A stretch of 64,000 nt of DNA from a virus (IMGVR_UViG_3300005713_000004:12734-76733); one strand, 5' to 3'; counted from the stretch's first letter, positions 44,380-54,863 are shown. Numbers and translations are program-made. The notes: generated from the letters alone by a model not told the origin.

Positions 44380-44793
44380 TCAGGGGGTGCCCTGCGGGAC
44401 GGTGATCGTGCCGCCGGTGATGTCGACCGTGGTCCCCGACACGACGGACGTCGAGGCGAGGGTGAGGTCCCCACCGCCGCCGGTCGCGGTGACGCTCCCG
44501 TCGAAGCACGCGGCGCCGTTCGAGTCGAGCGCCCGGAACCACGACGCGGTCCCGGTCGCAGCAGCGGTCACCCCGGCCGGGTCGGAGATCGTCGCGGCCC
44601 CGGACGACGCGGCCCCGAACGCCGGGTCGGCGCACGTGACCGTGGCGAGCAGGGTCCCGGTCGCGGTGGTCGCCGGGTCGGCGGGCCGCGTGCCGCTGCG
44701 GATCTGGATCGTCCCGGCGCCGGACCCGGCGTCGAGGCTGTCGACGATGATGTCCGTCATCGCGTTGCGGATGGCGGTCGTGAGCGTGAGCAT
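44380..44793 (-). CDS. Virion structural protein
   Basis: GTIQIRSGTRPA...ATGTASWFR...DGSV. Confidence 0.75.
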   Translation of the reverse strand: MLTLTTAIRNAMTDIIVDSLDAGSGAGTIQIRSGTRPADPATTATGTLLATVTCADPAFGAASSGAATISDPAGVTAAATGTASWFRALDSNGAACFDGSVTATGGGGDLTLASTSVVSGTTVDITGGTITVPQGTP

Positions 44794-44806
44794 GTCCGGT
44801 CTCCTC

Positions 44807-45217
44807 CTACCTCGTGACCTCGTGAATGAGGGTGATCGTCCCCGGCCGGGTGATCTGGTGGGGCTCGCCGGTCGTGTCCACGACCTCGACGTCCCACCAG
44901 ACCACGCCCTCCCCGAACGAGCCGGGCCAGGTGACCCGCCAGTCGGAGGTCTCCGCGCTGGTCGCCCAGATCCGGAGCGCCCCGGTCGCGCCGCCTTCGA
45001 GCGCAGCGTTTGGGGGGTCCGCCTCCGTGTCGAAGACGAACAGGATGTCCGGGGAGTCCACCGACGGCCGGACGTGGACACGCCCACGGAGCAGGTCGTC
45101 CACGTCCACCGCCGCCCCGGTCCCGTCGAGGATCGGGACCGTGACCTCGAACGGCTGCCCCGCCAGGTGGGTGATGTTCCACCGGTCGGGGACGGATCCG
45201 ATCTCGCGGGTCGCCAT
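44807..45217 (-). CDS. Putative virion/tail-associated protein
   Basis: In tail operon. Confidence 0.6.
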   Translation of the reverse strand: MATREIGSVPDRWNITHLAGQPFEVTVPILDGTGAAVDVDDLLRGRVHVRPSVDSPDILFVFDTEADPPNAALEGGATGALRIWATSAETSDWRVTWPGSFGEGVVWWDVEVVDTTGEPHQITRPGTITLIHEVTR

Positions 45218-45220
45218 CGC

Positions 45221-45916
45221 TCACCCCACCATGAACAGGTCGAGGTTCGCCCACTCGCCGGAGTTCGGCTCCACGACCCGCTGTCCGCCGGTGCCGTTGA
45301 AGATGAACACCGCGAGCGTCGTGTTCGCCGGGAGGTAGCGGGTCCGGTTCGGCTGCAACGTCCGGGGCAGCCCCTCGCGCCTGCCGCCGTCGACCGCCAC
45401 GACCGTCTCGAAGTTCGTCCCCCCGGCGAGGTCCGCCCGGATCGAGCAGGACACCTCGCCGCCGGTCGAGGTCGAGGCGATCCGGCACGACGAGCCGCAC
45501 GCCCAGATCCCGCCCGCGAGCAACTGGAACTTGTGGCCTGCGCCCTGCGTGCTGCGGGTGATCAGGTCCCCGTCGTCACCGTCGGGCAGGGACAGGATGG
45601 TTCCCGGCCCGCTGGTCGTGTTTGGGATGTTCTGCGCGGACGACTGCTCGAAGTGGGCGCCGCCCGACGTCCCCCCGCCGCCTCCGCCGAAGGGCTGCCA
45701 GACGGAGCCGTTCCAGTAGTACGGGGCGTCGAGGTCGGAGTCATAGATCAGGAAGCCTTCGGGCACGCCGACGGGGCGCCCGGCGGTCGGGTAGGACTTG
45801 AGCCGCGACAGCAGCGCGTCGACCGCCTCCGCGAGATCCTTCACGGCGTCGGGGCCGTCCGGCTGGTCGTCGAGTCCGGGGTAGGGCAGCGAATGCCGCG
45901 TGGTGAGGCCCGCCAT
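45221..45916 (-). CDS. Minor tail protein
   Basis: LPYP...DLAEAVD...EGFLIYDSD...YWNGSVW. Confidence 0.75.
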   Translation of the reverse strand: MAGLTTRHSLPYPGLDDQPDGPDAVKDLAEAVDALLSRLKSYPTAGRPVGVPEGFLIYDSDLDAPYYWNGSVWQPFGGGGGGTSGGAHFEQSSAQNIPNTTSGPGTILSLPDGDDGDLITRSTQGAGHKFQLLAGGIWACGSSCRIASTSTGGEVSCSIRADLAGGTNFETVVAVDGGRREGLPRTLQPNRTRYLPANTTLAVFIFNGTGGQRVVEPNSGEWANLDLFMVG

Positions 45917-46293
45917 CACGAAGCCAACGGGTAGCGGATGATGTACGCCCCGGCCGGGAGTTCCCAGTCGTCGCCGGAGATGACCGGGCTCGCGGTGATG
46001 AGCCCGGAGATCCGGAACGTCCCGCCGCTCGACAGCGTCCAGAACGATGCGTGGGTGTAGTCCTCGGACCCGGCGACACCGGGCCACGAGAGGTCGTTCG
46101 TGTGGGTCATCTCGACCGCGACCCCGACGAGGGCCGGGGTGTCCCACGTGACGGACTTCCGGTCCGTCTCGGCCGCGATGTTCGCGGTTCCGTTGGGGCC
46201 GGGTGCCCCGATGTGCAGTTGCATGTAGAGCGCGCGGGTCGCGAGGTCTTCGAGCAGGTCGATGGCCTCCGCCTGCGACAGTCCTTCCGCCAT
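45916..46293 (-). CDS. Virion structural protein
   Basis: YMQLHIGAPG...ETDRK...THASFW...GG. Confidence 0.75.
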   Translation of the reverse strand: MAEGLSQAEAIDLLEDLATRALYMQLHIGAPGPNGTANIAAETDRKSVTWDTPALVGVAVEMTHTNDLSWPGVAGSEDYTHASFWTLSSGGTFRISGLITASPVISGDDWELPAGAYIIRYPLAS

Positions 46294-46310
46294 GCGGTCC
46301 CCCTCCCTTC

Positions 46311-46556
46311 CTATCCGGGCTTCGTGATGCGTCCGAGGATGATCGGAGCGCCGGGTGTGATCAAGAGCAGGACGCGGCCGACCGCGAGCGCGGCGGGGTC
46401 GCCGACGAACGCGAGGTTCACGAACTCCTGCGTCCCGGAGAACAGGACGCGGTTCGCGCCGGTGAGCGGGTCCCACTCGGACATGTAGCCGGGCATGATC
46501 TGCTGCTCCCCGCCGCCCGGCTGTCCGGCGAGGTACTGGCCCAGTCGCTGCCCCAT
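46311..46556 (-). CDS. Small tail-associated protein
   Basis: In tail operon, coupled. Confidence 0.6.
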   Translation of the reverse strand: MGQRLGQYLAGQPGGGEQQIMPGYMSEWDPLTGANRVLFSGTQEFVNLAFVGDPAALAVGRVLLLITPGAPIILGRITKPG

Positions 46557-48472
46557 CAGGCGTTCGGCTTCGTGTAGACGCGAACCCACGCCATGTCGAA
46601 CTTGCAGCGGCGCGGCTTCCCGCCGAAGTGGTCGAGTTGGAACGTGAGGTGCATCGACCCGGGGGCCTCCGCGACCCGGCCGCGTCCGTCGTAAACCAAC
46701 TTCCCGTCACACCACGTCTTGAGCGTGCGAGCCTTCGGGTTCCACTCGCACGCCATGTTGAACCACTTCGTGATATCCACAGGGAACGTGTAGTGATCCT
46801 GTCGATATGGCGTGTGGTTCGGGAGGTGCATAAAGCCACCACCCTTGTTGTCACCCTCGTCGCACTCCAGGAAATCGTATTCCGCGCCTTCGGGCCACTC
46901 GTCGGAGTCGGGCCACAGGATGAGCACGGGGTGATAGTTGTCCGTCCGACCAGGGGATTCACCGTCGCGGTACACCCGGACCCGGCACTCTACACGGTAG
47001 CCGTAGGACTTGTACCGGAACGCGGCGCCGCCGGACTGGTTGTTATTGTCCCCCGTGATCGTGAGCATTCCATCGTGCTGCGAGAACGCAGCCGGACGCC
47101 GCGTCCCGTTCCCGGAGTGACCCGGACCGTTATAGAGACCCCACTTCGAGGTGTCGATCGTGTTGCCCACGAACTCGTCGGAGGCGGACAACTTCGTCCC
47201 CCACCCGTTGAGAATCGCCGCTTGGATCCCGTCCTCCGCCGCGCCGCCGCCCGTCCCCGGACCAGGGCCCGGATCGGGGTCCGGGCCGGGGCCCGGCTCC
47301 GGCTCCGGCTGCGGGTCCGTGGTGATGTCGTCGACCGGGTTCAACGTCCGCGTCTTGAGCGCGAGTTCCCCGCCGCCGACGAGCGGGACCGCCACCTCGT
47401 CGAGGACCCACGTCCCGAACCCGTTCGAGGTCGGGGCGCTCACCACGTCCAGCGGCTGCAACGCCGGGTTCGGCACGACCCACAACCCGGTCTCCTCCGG
47501 GAGCCCGGTCGAGCGCGCGAGGATCGTCTCCGCCGCCGCGTCCGCCTGTTCGCTCGTCTCCAGCAGCGGCGAGGCGTAGTAGCGGACCCGGGGCCCGATC
47601 GGGCCGTTCCATCGCAGCGGCGAGGACGGGGCTTCGTTGTACGCCAGCCGGTAGCCCGTCTGGAACGCCGGGTCTGACCCGGTCGCCCGCACGATGTTGT
47701 AGACGCCCTTCCGGCTGACCTTCCGGGAGCGGCGGACCAGCGTCCCCGTCTTCCCGGCCCGGAGCGCGTAGACCGCCGGGGCGTCGAGCGGCGGGTCCCT
47801 GCGCACGACCGCGAGTTCCCCGGTCGGCAGGAACCGCAGTTGCGCGCCCTGCGCGTCGACCAACTTCGCGAGGAAGTCGTACGCGGACCCGTCGACCACC
47901 TGCTGTCCGCCGACGAGCGTGGTGTCCGGGTTGTACCCGGCGTTCGTCCAGATGATCGGGACCTGCGGGCCGCCCTGCGCCGCGTACATCCCGTACGTGC
48001 CGGAGCCCGTGGACACGCCGTTGACGAGAGCGTTCACCACCGTGCGATGGCTGGTCCCGTCCGGGATCTGCCACGGGTAGACGACCCTCGTGTCCACGAG
48101 CCGGAGCGTCCGGTCGTCGGAGGTGATCGTGATCGGGCCGTACGGGGCGTCCGGCTGCTCCGGCTCGTCGATGGGGAAGTAACCCAGCGGGACGAGTTCG
48201 GTCCGGCCGTCCCCGAAGGCAACGCCCCGGGCGGCGAAGAACTCGTACCCGTAGGGCTGGACCTCGTCCCACCAGTCCCCGGGGATCGATGCGCTGAGCT
48301 GCGCCTTGACGTCCGCCGTCCCGTAGAGGGTCACGGCCGACCCTTCGAGCATCGGGACCTCGTCGCCCTCCGGGTTGGGCCCGAACTGGACGGACTTGCA
48401 CAGGACCAGCCGGGCCACCGCCCGGTGGCTTCCGGTCACGACGTCGAGGAACTCGTCCGACACGTCCCACAT
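46556..48472 (-). CDS. Minor tail (hub-like) protein fused to GH16 glycoside hydrolase
   Basis: N-terminal tail domain, EP/GP linker, DEF.G...KW..Y and catalytic EYDFLE. Confidence 0.85.
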   Translation of the reverse strand: MWDVSDEFLDVVTGSHRAVARLVLCKSVQFGPNPEGDEVPMLEGSAVTLYGTADVKAQLSASIPGDWWDEVQPYGYEFFAARGVAFGDGRTELVPLGYFPIDEPEQPDAPYGPITITSDDRTLRLVDTRVVYPWQIPDGTSHRTVVNALVNGVSTGSGTYGMYAAQGGPQVPIIWTNAGYNPDTTLVGGQQVVDGSAYDFLAKLVDAQGAQLRFLPTGELAVVRRDPPLDAPAVYALRAGKTGTLVRRSRKVSRKGVYNIVRATGSDPAFQTGYRLAYNEAPSSPLRWNGPIGPRVRYYASPLLETSEQADAAAETILARSTGLPEETGLWVVPNPALQPLDVVSAPTSNGFGTWVLDEVAVPLVGGGELALKTRTLNPVDDITTDPQPEPEPGPGPDPDPGPGPGTGGGAAEDGIQAAILNGWGTKLSASDEFVGNTIDTSKWGLYNGPGHSGNGTRRPAAFSQHDGMLTITGDNNNQSGGAAFRYKSYGYRVECRVRVYRDGESPGRTDNYHPVLILWPDSDEWPEGAEYDFLECDEGDNKGGGFMHLPNHTPYRQDHYTFPVDITKWFNMACEWNPKARTLKTWCDGKLVYDGRGRVAEAPGSMHLTFQLDHFGGKPRRCKFDMAWVRVYTKPNA

Positions 48473-49947
48473 CAGCCGATCACCTCCCCCCACGTCTCGA
48501 ACGCTTCGAGCACCTCGCCCCACGTCTCGTACTGTTCGAGCAGGATCGCCCACGTCATCCCGGACCCCACGACCGACGGCGGCGGCGGCGCAACCTCCGT
48601 GACCTGGACCTCCGTGATGTAGGTCCGGCCGTTGCGCGCCTTCCCGATCCGCCGCGCCCGGATCGAGCCGATCGCGACGTACATCGACGGGAACGGCACG
48701 GACTCCGGGACTTGCAGGAACGCCGGGGCGCCCTGCGTGAGCGCCCGCTTGAGCGCGAGCCGGTCCGCCTCCGTGTGGGTGGCGAACCGGACGGTCGTGG
48801 ACACGCTGTCGTGCACGTCGGTCACCACGATGGGGTCCGACCGGCCCGCGACCCGGTGGACCACGTTGCGGCTCTCCTGCGCGAGTTCGTGGAGATCGGC
48901 GATGATCTCCACCTTGAGGTTCGTGTGCGGCGCCGGGATGAACTTGAGCCACGACTGGTCGAGCGTGTCTTCGAGGTCCGCGAACGCCGTTTGCACGACC
49001 GCCTGCGGCTGCACGTTCTCCGGGCTCGACAGCGCGTCGATCCGGTATTCCACGCCTCGCCCGGCTTGCCACTCGTAGTCGTCGACCCGGCGGACCGTGG
49101 TCCCGGCGGCGACGGCCACCTTCCCGCCCCGCACGGGCCGCCACCGGGACGTCCCCTTCGCGCGGCTGTAGACGATGACCCGGATCACCTCCTGCGCGAG
49201 CCCCTGGATATCGAGCCGGATCCGGCCGCGCCGGTCGTCGTACGTCGCGGTCGCGAACAGGCCCGTCGAGGCGAACGGCGGGAGCAGGTCCGCCGCGCCG
49301 GTACCCCGGGAGGTCCGGACACCCAGCCCGAACGCTGCGGGCGTGTCCACGACCGTGAGCCCGGTCGTGGGCGGGTCGGTGTCCCACGTCGAGGTCCCCT
49401 GCCCCGGAGTCCCGTCGTCCCAGACGGCGCCCGGCGTGTCGCCGTCGAAGTAGTTCGCGCCGAGCACGGAGTACGCGAGCGCGGCTTCCGCCTCCGGCAG
49501 GGTGTCGAACTCCTCGACCATGTAGGCGGTGACCTGCGCCTCGCCCGTGATGTCGTTGAGGGTGCCGGTCAGCCGGACCGCGTTCACCGGGGCCTGTCCG
49601 AGCACGGCGAACCGGTTCGTGGTGTTCGCCGCCTGCGAGAACGTGGGGCCCTGCGTCGAGGGGGACAGGAACACGTTCCCGCCGGTGTACCAGTCGATGT
49701 TCATCTGTCCCGACGCGCACGGGGCGATGAACCGGACGGACACGGAGACGACGTAGTACTTCCCGGCGGTCACGGCCGCGCGGGTCATGGCGATCTGCCC
49801 GCTGCTGGGCGCTGCTGCGCCCCGGAACGCGGTCGAGCGCGGCAGGCTCGCGTGAGCGCCGGTGATGCGGTCCCACGCGGACGGGAACCACGTCGTGTCA
49901 TCGACGCCGAGAGCGGGGTTGATCGCGAGGTTGCGGCGGATCGTCAC
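48472..49947 (-). CDS. Distal-tail-like minor tail protein with carbohydrate-binding-type N-domain
   Basis: Directly after tape measure; RNLAINP...YFDGDT. Confidence 0.75.
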   Translation of the reverse strand: MTIRRNLAINPALGVDDTTWFPSAWDRITGAHASLPRSTAFRGAAAPSSGQIAMTRAAVTAGKYYVVSVSVRFIAPCASGQMNIDWYTGGNVFLSPSTQGPTFSQAANTTNRFAVLGQAPVNAVRLTGTLNDITGEAQVTAYMVEEFDTLPEAEAALAYSVLGANYFDGDTPGAVWDDGTPGQGTSTWDTDPPTTGLTVVDTPAAFGLGVRTSRGTGAADLLPPFASTGLFATATYDDRRGRIRLDIQGLAQEVIRVIVYSRAKGTSRWRPVRGGKVAVAAGTTVRRVDDYEWQAGRGVEYRIDALSSPENVQPQAVVQTAFADLEDTLDQSWLKFIPAPHTNLKVEIIADLHELAQESRNVVHRVAGRSDPIVVTDVHDSVSTTVRFATHTEADRLALKRALTQGAPAFLQVPESVPFPSMYVAIGSIRARRIGKARNGRTYITEVQVTEVAPPPPSVVGSGMTWAILLEQYETWGEVLEAFETWGEVIG

Positions 49948-52622
49948 TAGTAGCTCACCCCCGGCCCGGCTCCGGCGCGCTGGATCGTTTCCCGTTCGGA
50001 GTCGTCCACCTCGATCCGGACGATGCCCCGGAGTTCGGTGTCCCCGATGTAGACCCGGACGTCGGGCGGGGGCGTGTCCACGCTGCGGCCCATGATGTCG
50101 GCGAGCGCGGCGGACCCGGCTCCGGCGGCCTGCGCCGCCTGCGCGGTGAGCGAGGCGGTCACCGGAGCGAGGTCGAGCGAGAGCCCGGTCACGGGCGCGG
50201 CCATGTTGTCGACCGCTGCCTGTCCGAGAGCGCGGGCGCTCGCGATCACGTCGCCGGTCATGTCAGTGATGCCGAGCGAGAACCCGGAGCCCACGTTCCG
50301 TCCGACCGTGAACCGCATGAGCTTGGACGGGGAGGCGATCCCGAAGAACTCTTGCATGGACTGCCACGCCGAATTGGCGAGATCCTGGGCGGCCTGCCCG
50401 ACGGCACCGATTCCGTCCTTAATTCCCTGGACGAATCCGTCGATGATTTCCTTAGCGATATCAGCGACCTTGCCGGGCAGTTCCTTAATCCACTTAATGA
50501 ACTCGTCGACGAGTTCCTGTGCTTTTTCTCCCGCCTGCCGGACGAGGTCCTGGAATCCGTTTACGGCCTGCGTGATCATGTCGTTGATCCACGTCATGAC
50601 CTGTCCGGGCAGCCCGGAAATAAAGCCGATCACGCCGGTGACGAGTTCGCCCGCCTTCGCGACCGCCTGTGTCACCATGTCGGTGAACCCGGTCACCACG
50701 TCCGTGACCAGCGTCGTTACCCACTCGATCGCGCCGGTCACGAGATCGGCGAAGAACTGGATCACCTGCGGGACCCAGCCTGCCAGGCCCGTAAGAACGT
50801 TGTTGATCAAGTCGAGGAAGAACTGAATAACGGTCGTCACGAATCCCACGACCGACTCGATAACCGCCGCCGCCATTTCGACGAACACGGCGATGATCTG
50901 CGCCGCGAACTCGATTATCGGAGTGATAATTGTGATGATCGCGGTCGCAATGGAAATGATCGCCTCGACCATAGGAATGATCGCGGGGACCACAGAAATG
51001 AACGCATCGACCAGCGGAGGAATGACGGTGGTCGCCAGATTGGAAATAATCGGAAGCAGTGGAATAAGCGCCTGGACGAGTTGCGAGAACCCATCGACGA
51101 TCACCGGGACCAGCGGAGCCACCGCGTCCAGCGCCCGCGACAACTGCTCCGCCACCACCGCGGCGATCTGCTCGATCACCGGCCGCAGCGCCACGAACAG
51201 CGGTTGCAGCGCTTCGAGCGCCCCGACGAGCAGTTGCGAGATGATCCCGGCCGCTTGCTCGATCACCGGCGCCAGCACGGCGAACGCCTGCGCCAGGGTC
51301 TGCCCGACCATGTTCACGATCGGCGCGAGCGCGCCGAGCACCGGGGCGATCGCCGACACCAGCGACGAGAACAGCCCCACCGCCGTCCCGAGGATCGACG
51401 CGAACGGCCCGGCGAGGGCGGAGATGAGCGGCCCGATCCCCTGCTCGATCAGGTCCACGAACGCGCCCGCCAGCAGCGGCAGCACAGGCGCGAGCGCGCC
51501 GGACAGGACGTTCGCTAGCTGAGTGAGCACCGGTCCGAGCGTGGACACGAGCGACCCGGCGATCAGTCCGAACGCGGACGCGAGCGCCATCACCAGCGGG
51601 GCGACCGCCTGAATCACCGGCCCGATGGCTTGCAGCGTCGCGAGGAAGAGTTGCCCCATGATCGCGGAGACCGTGCGGAGCACCTCGCCCAGCGCCTGTA
51701 GTGGGCCCTGCGCAGCGGCCGACTCGAAGAACGCCCGCATCTGCGTCGTGAGCGCGGCGAGGTTCGCCAGTGGCGAACCGGTGTCGCCCGCGAGCCCGGA
51801 GAAGATCGCGCCCAGCGTCGCCCCGACGTTGCCGAGGATCGTGCCCAGGTCCCGGAACCCCTGGATCCCGCCCGCGATGAAATCGCGGACCGCCTGCGGG
51901 TTCGTCTCCACGAACTCGCGGAAGCGGGCCGCCGCCCCGGCGATCCCGCCGGTCAGCCCCGGGAGGAAGTCGGACCCGATGTTCGCGACCCGCAGCAGCG
52001 CGGCGGCCATGTCGCCCAGCGCCGGGCCCGTCCCCTGGATCGTCTTCGAGGTGTTCCCGAGGATCTCATTCAGATCCTCCGACGCGCCGTCCGCGTCGCG
52101 CAGCAGCGCAGCGACCGACTGCTGTCGGACGCTGGCCATCGCGGTAGCGACCCCGGTCATGCCGCGCTGCACGTTGGGCAGGAACTCGCCCGCGAGCGCC
52201 TGGAGATCGTCGTTGAACCCGGTGAAGAACGCCTGTTGGACGGACTGCCGGAGATCCTTGATCGGCCCGTCGTTCAACGCCTTGACGCCGAGAGCCGCCT
52301 CCCGCGCGGCCGGAGCCAACTTCGCGAGCGCCTCGACGTCGCCGCCCACGGCGTCGGTGAACCCAGCCGTCGCGATAGCGAACGTCGCCTTCGCTGCTGC
52401 GAACACCGCGAGCGCGCCGACCGCGAGCGGCGCGACCCCGGCGAGTTGCGAGAGGGCGGCGGTCAGCCCGCCGATCGCGGCCACACCGGCGCCGACCCCG
52501 GCGATCCCGGCGAGCCCCTTCCCGACGCCCGCGATCGCCTTCGAGGCGATCCGGGCGGCGGCGACGAGACCCTTCGTGGTCCCATCAAAAATGATGTTGA
52601 TCGTGGACCGGGTGTCCGCCAT
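49947..52622 (-). CDS. Tape measure protein
   Basis: 891 aa Ala/Leu/Ile-rich helical repeats in tail operon. Confidence 0.9.
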   Translation of the reverse strand: MADTRSTINIIFDGTTKGLVAAARIASKAIAGVGKGLAGIAGVGAGVAAIGGLTAALSQLAGVAPLAVGALAVFAAAKATFAIATAGFTDAVGGDVEALAKLAPAAREAALGVKALNDGPIKDLRQSVQQAFFTGFNDDLQALAGEFLPNVQRGMTGVATAMASVRQQSVAALLRDADGASEDLNEILGNTSKTIQGTGPALGDMAAALLRVANIGSDFLPGLTGGIAGAAARFREFVETNPQAVRDFIAGGIQGFRDLGTILGNVGATLGAIFSGLAGDTGSPLANLAALTTQMRAFFESAAAQGPLQALGEVLRTVSAIMGQLFLATLQAIGPVIQAVAPLVMALASAFGLIAGSLVSTLGPVLTQLANVLSGALAPVLPLLAGAFVDLIEQGIGPLISALAGPFASILGTAVGLFSSLVSAIAPVLGALAPIVNMVGQTLAQAFAVLAPVIEQAAGIISQLLVGALEALQPLFVALRPVIEQIAAVVAEQLSRALDAVAPLVPVIVDGFSQLVQALIPLLPIISNLATTVIPPLVDAFISVVPAIIPMVEAIISIATAIITIITPIIEFAAQIIAVFVEMAAAVIESVVGFVTTVIQFFLDLINNVLTGLAGWVPQVIQFFADLVTGAIEWVTTLVTDVVTGFTDMVTQAVAKAGELVTGVIGFISGLPGQVMTWINDMITQAVNGFQDLVRQAGEKAQELVDEFIKWIKELPGKVADIAKEIIDGFVQGIKDGIGAVGQAAQDLANSAWQSMQEFFGIASPSKLMRFTVGRNVGSGFSLGITDMTGDVIASARALGQAAVDNMAAPVTGLSLDLAPVTASLTAQAAQAAGAGSAALADIMGRSVDTPPPDVRVYIGDTELRGIVRIEVDDSERETIQRAGAGPGVSY

Positions 52623-52625
52623 GGC

Positions 52626-53072
52626 CTACGCCCCGAAGTCCCGGACGATCGCCGCCGCCATCTCCTGATGGGCGACCCGGATCTCCGGCTGGTACGCCCG
52701 GTACGTGGGCCAGAACCACCGGCCGGGGTTCCCCGCCTGCCGGGCCGGGAACTGCCCGAAGCCGCCCCGGTAGCGGGGGTGAGCGAACCACCCGAACCGC
52801 CGCCGCGCGCCGAACTCCGACCCCATGAGTCGGATCTCCGGCCCGGCGACGACGGTCGGGGTACGACCTCGCGCGACCCGCACGGTCCGAGCAGCCGCAG
52901 CAGCCTGCCGGGAGAACCCGCGACCAGCCGCGCGGATCCCGTTCGCCATCCGCCGGGCGAGTCGCTCGGACCCGTCCTTCAACTCGCGGTTCGCCTGCCG
53001 GGGGAGCCGGTCGAAGGCCCGCGCCACCTCGCGATCGTTCCGGACCGTCACCCGGAATCCGTCACCCGCCAC
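52626..53072 (-). CDS. HK97 gp10-like protein
   Basis: Basic; EFG...G.WFWP. Confidence 0.6.
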   Translation of the reverse strand: MAGDGFRVTVRNDREVARAFDRLPRQANRELKDGSERLARRMANGIRAAGRGFSRQAAAAARTVRVARGRTPTVVAGPEIRLMGSEFGARRRFGWFAHPRYRGGFGQFPARQAGNPGRWFWPTYRAYQPEIRVAHQEMAAAIVRDFGA

Positions 53073-53516
53073 GCCTTCGCCCCCTCTCCGCCTTCCGCGC
53101 CGCTTCCGCGAGGATGGCGAGCGCTGTGTCCAGCACGCGCCCGTGATCGCTCGCCATGCCAGGGGCCCACTCGCGGACCGGGATCCCCGTCTGCATGGCG
53201 AGGTGCACGACAGCCCTCGTTAGGCTGTCCGGAGGGTAGGGTCCAGCAGCCCGGCGTCTCCGTCCTCGTCGTCGTCCTCGTCCTCGACGGGACGGATCGC
53301 GACCCCGACCCGGAAGTCGGCGAGGTCCCCGGTCCACCGCTTCGTGCGGGAGCACGCGAGCCACGCGAGTTCCGCGAGGTCCGTCATCCGGGGCGTGTTC
53401 TGGATCATGCCCAGGTGGCGCCCGGCCTTGCGGACCTCCCACGCGATCACGTCGCGGGAGTCGGCCTCGATCTCGAACGGGTCACCCTCGTCCGGCTTGC
53501 ACTCGAACTTGATCAC
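53062..53516 (-). CDS. Tail assembly chaperone pair (G 53220-53516; GT by putative -1 frameshift to 53062)
   Basis: ORF ending ...LLDPTLRTA overlaps a -1-frame ORF (PYPPDSLTRAVVHLAMQTGIP...W). Confidence 0.65.
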
Positions 53517-54025
53517 GCACTAGCCCCGATCACTACCACGTCGTACGACACCGACGTTCCCGACCCGGAGTTCGTGACCGTGAGCAGGTCACCCGTCCCG
53601 GCTGTGACGGCATACCCGGTCGTGTCCTCGTCGCCAGCAGCGACGGCGAGGAACGCGCCGGGACGCAAGATGATCTGATCGCCCGCAGCGGAGAACAGCG
53701 ACGCGAGCCCGTTCGACGCGGGCCGGGACACCAGGACGTTGTTCGTGTTCCCGGCCGCCGCGACGACGACGAGCGCCTTCACGCGGGCGAGGATGAACGA
53801 CCCGCCCAGAGCGTCCAGCAGCGACCCGGCGAGGTCGAGGTCTTCGGTCGCGGACGCGGCGAGCGTCCGCGTGTCCGCGAAGATCCGGTTCGCCTGTCCG
53901 GCGCCCGTCCCGTCCGTGAGGTTGATCGACTCGTTGAGGCTCGTCGGAGCCACGGCAGTGCCCAGGTCGAGGGCGTTCCGCAGGCTCGCCGCGACGGCGA
54001 GCCGGATCGAGGACGTGAGGGGCAC
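53513..54025 (-). CDS. Virion structural protein
   Basis: Beta-rich, DLDL...LLDA.G. Confidence 0.7.
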   Translation of the reverse strand: MPLTSSIRLAVAASLRNALDLGTAVAPTSLNESINLTDGTGAGQANRIFADTRTLAASATEDLDLAGSLLDALGGSFILARVKALVVVAAAGNTNNVLVSRPASNGLASLFSAAGDQIILRPGAFLAVAAGDEDTTGYAVTAGTGDLLTVTNSGSGTSVSYDVVVIGASA

Positions 54026-54063
54026 CGGTGGCTCCGATCAGGGGGTGGGGACGTGTCCACGCC

Positions 54064-54477
54064 CTACGGGCGCGACTTGACGGGCTTGCCGTTGCACGTG
54101 AGCGTGGTCGCGGTGATCTCCGTCGTCCGGATCTCGCCGCCCACGTTCGGGGCCTTGATCAGAACCTCGCCGTTGAAAATCACGTGCTCGGCGGGGATGT
54201 CCGGGTGGTGGTCGATCTGAAACGGGACGGTCTCCCCGTCGTTGTCCCAGAGCCAGTCGGACACCCCGGCGACCCGCCAGTCCGCGTAGAACTCCAGATC
54301 GAGCGCGTACGCGTCGTCGGCCGCCTCGACGAACCCCCCGTTCACCGGGTCGAACGTCGCGAAGGCTTCCGCGTCGTCGGTGTTGTTGACGACCTCCGCC
54401 TTCCGGCACTGGATCTGGAACTCGTTCCCCCCGATGTCGAGGGTGAGGATGCGGAGCTTCCGGTTGTGGGCGGTCAT
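54064..54477 (-). CDS. Major tail (tube) protein
   Basis: Position; FQIQC...LDLEFYADW...LW...G.TVPF. Confidence 0.7.
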   Translation of the reverse strand: MTAHNRKLRILTLDIGGNEFQIQCRKAEVVNNTDDAEAFATFDPVNGGFVEAADDAYALDLEFYADWRVAGVSDWLWDNDGETVPFQIDHHPDIPAEHVIFNGEVLIKAPNVGGEIRTTEITATTLTCNGKPVKSRP

Positions 54478-54863
54478 GACGTCGCGATCTCCGTCCGGAC
54501 GAAGTAGCAGGGGAGGTCAACGTTCCCGGAGCGCCAGACGCCGGGAGTCGCGGACAGGACGGACGCGTCGAGGTTCTCCGCGTCGTCGATGGCGGTCGTG
54601 ACGATCGGTAGCAGCGCGAACAGCCGCTCGATCGCGAACTCGTCGGCCGCGACCGCCACGACGACCTCGAACACGGCTTCCGTGGGCGCGCGCATCACGG
54701 CGTCCCACGTGAGTTCCGGCGGGGGGATGTAGACCGTGGGCGGGTTGCCCAGCGGTCCGGGCTTGCGCTCGACCCGAAACCGCTGCTTCGCCGGGGCAGC
54801 AGCGGACGCGGCTTCGAGGACCACGGCGAGCCGCTCGTGGGCGGCCTGGTACGAGCCGCTCAT
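54474..54863 (-). CDS. Tail terminator-like protein
   Basis: Position before tail tube gene. Confidence 0.6.
   Translation of the reverse strand: MSGSYQAAHERLAVVLEAASAAAPAKQRFRVERKPGPLGNPPTVYIPPPELTWDAVMRAPTEAVFEVVVAVAADEFAIERLFALLPIVTTAIDDAENLDASVLSATPGVWRSGNVDLPCYFVRTEIATS

Noticed and set aside
46556-49891. 1111-aa ORF as listed
   Set aside because: Upstream part overlaps the real 48472-49947 gene; true start is the coupled ATG at 48472
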